Assembly: GCA_018825425.1 (NCBI GenBank)
Contig: JAHJEM010000070.1
Location: 1 to 47,288 of the forward strand
Source of the DNA: Nanobdellota archaeon
GTDB taxonomy: Archaea > Nanobdellota > Nanobdellia > Woesearchaeales > JAHJEM01
Direction of reading: 5' to 3'
DNA: 47,288 nucleotides
In this document: positions 46,603 to 47,288 of the stretch, one piece after another
How the letters are laid out: each line of letters starts with the position of its first letter
How positions within the stretch are numbered: the stretch's first letter is position 1
The notes under the pieces: model-generated
Seen by the model: only the letters and a program-made list of their open reading frames with translations
Told to the model about the DNA's origin: nothing
Database searches by the model: none
Program-made: the position numbers and the translations under genes

Positions 46603-46857
46603 TTATTTTTTTAATAATGATTCTATGTCCAATTCTAAGCTTTCAACGCGCTCCTTGAAAATATTTATGGAATCTTCCACGCCTTTATTATAGATTTTCA
46701 TTCCGACATTCTCCAGAAAGTGATTTAGAATGTCTTCTGCGGCGATTATTCCAATTTCAGTATTTCTTTCTGTCTTAAAAAAATCAATTAGTTCTTTAAT
46801 ACTTTCTTTTTTATTCTTGTTTGAAATAAAATCCTGCCTGTGGGTAACGTCCTTCAT
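46603..46857 (-). CDS. Small conserved protein, DUF2164-like
   Basis: 'IGIIAAEDILNHFLENVGMKIYNKGVEDS' resembles the DUF2164 core. Confidence 0.4.
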   Translation of the reverse strand: MKDVTHRQDFISNKNKKESIKELIDFFKTERNTEIGIIAAEDILNHFLENVGMKIYNKGVEDSINIFKERVESLELDIESLLKK

Positions 46858-46880
46858 TTTATATTATTTCTTTCCCGGTG

Positions 46881-47288
46881 CTATAAAAACACATCCTGAT
46901 AATTCTTAAACACATTATTTGCAACTTCTTCTGCATCCATTCCTTTTAATGCCGCTATTTTCTTGATTCCTTCGACCACAAATGGAGGTTCATTTCTTCT
47001 TATGTCCTTGTACGGACTCATATATGGGGCGTCTGTCTCAGTGAATATCCTTGACATGTCCTGTTGCTTTACAAGCTCCTGAAGTTGTTGAAGCTTGCTT
47101 ACAATGCAGGGGATACTCGTGTACCATCCATTGTCAACAATCCTTTTTACAAGATGTTTTCTTCCCATGAAACAATGCATGACCACTTTCTTGGTGTTTG
47201 AACTCTCAAGCATCTCTATAACATCTAATTCTGCCTTTCGAGAATGAACAATCAAAGGAATCTTCTTCTTTTCTGCAAGCTCAATGAT
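46881..47288 (-). CDS. tatD: TatD-family hydrolase, C-terminal part (5' end beyond window)
   Basis: The frame stays open to nt 47288 ('IIELAEKKKIPLIVHSRKAE'). 'HCFMG' and 'TETDAPYMSP' motifs. Confidence 0.8.
   Translation of the reverse strand: MIELAEKKKIPLIVHSRKAELDVIEMLESSNTKKVVMHCFMGRKHLVKRIVDNGWYTSIPCIVSKLQQLQELVKQQDMSRIFTETDAPYMSPYKDIRRNEPPFVVEGIKKIAALKGMDAEEVANNVFKNYQDVFL

Noticed and set aside
1-47288. Integrated mobile element or defence island
   Set aside because: No integrase, transposase, restriction, Cas or other recognisable defence genes were seen. The only att-like signal is the short tRNA 3' duplication, reported separately.

Overview
AT-rich, densely coding window that reads as archaeal, probably a small-genome DPANN-like lineage (inference). 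Support: RtcB plus archease, Taw1/TYW1, TrmB, DRG-type GTPase, a methanogen-type ThyA-like protein, a BHB-type tRNA intron, TTTATATA-like TATA boxes and GGTGA Shine-Dalgarno motifs. Recognisable content: three surface-protein genes, an intron-containing tRNA-Trp, a bacterial-type uvrA-uvrC-uvrB block, separate coaB and coaC, taw1-yggS, ahcY plus a SAM methyltransferase, nth, two Lrp/AsnC paralogs, corA, tsaC, rtcB, an alpha-glucan phosphorylase, htpX, archease, a radical SAM gene and tatD. No CRISPR array, rRNA, transposase or integrase was seen. Two long non-coding gaps stand out. (1) 23858-24384 holds nine consecutive, mutually different, near-perfect hairpins framed by two paralogous closing helices; I propose it as an undescribed plus-strand structured RNA. 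(2) 36038-36777 holds a self-contained small-ORF cassette (TATA box, two SD-led ~38-39 codon ORFs, hairpin terminator) followed by a GC-rich five-helix element. Also notable: the tRNA-Trp intron carries a box C/D-like guide that places C34 at the N+5 position. An 18-nt copy of the tRNA 3' end lies 97 nt downstream. The ThyA-like protein has Ser where the catalytic Cys aligns by eye. All calls are by-eye motif recognition; no searches were run.
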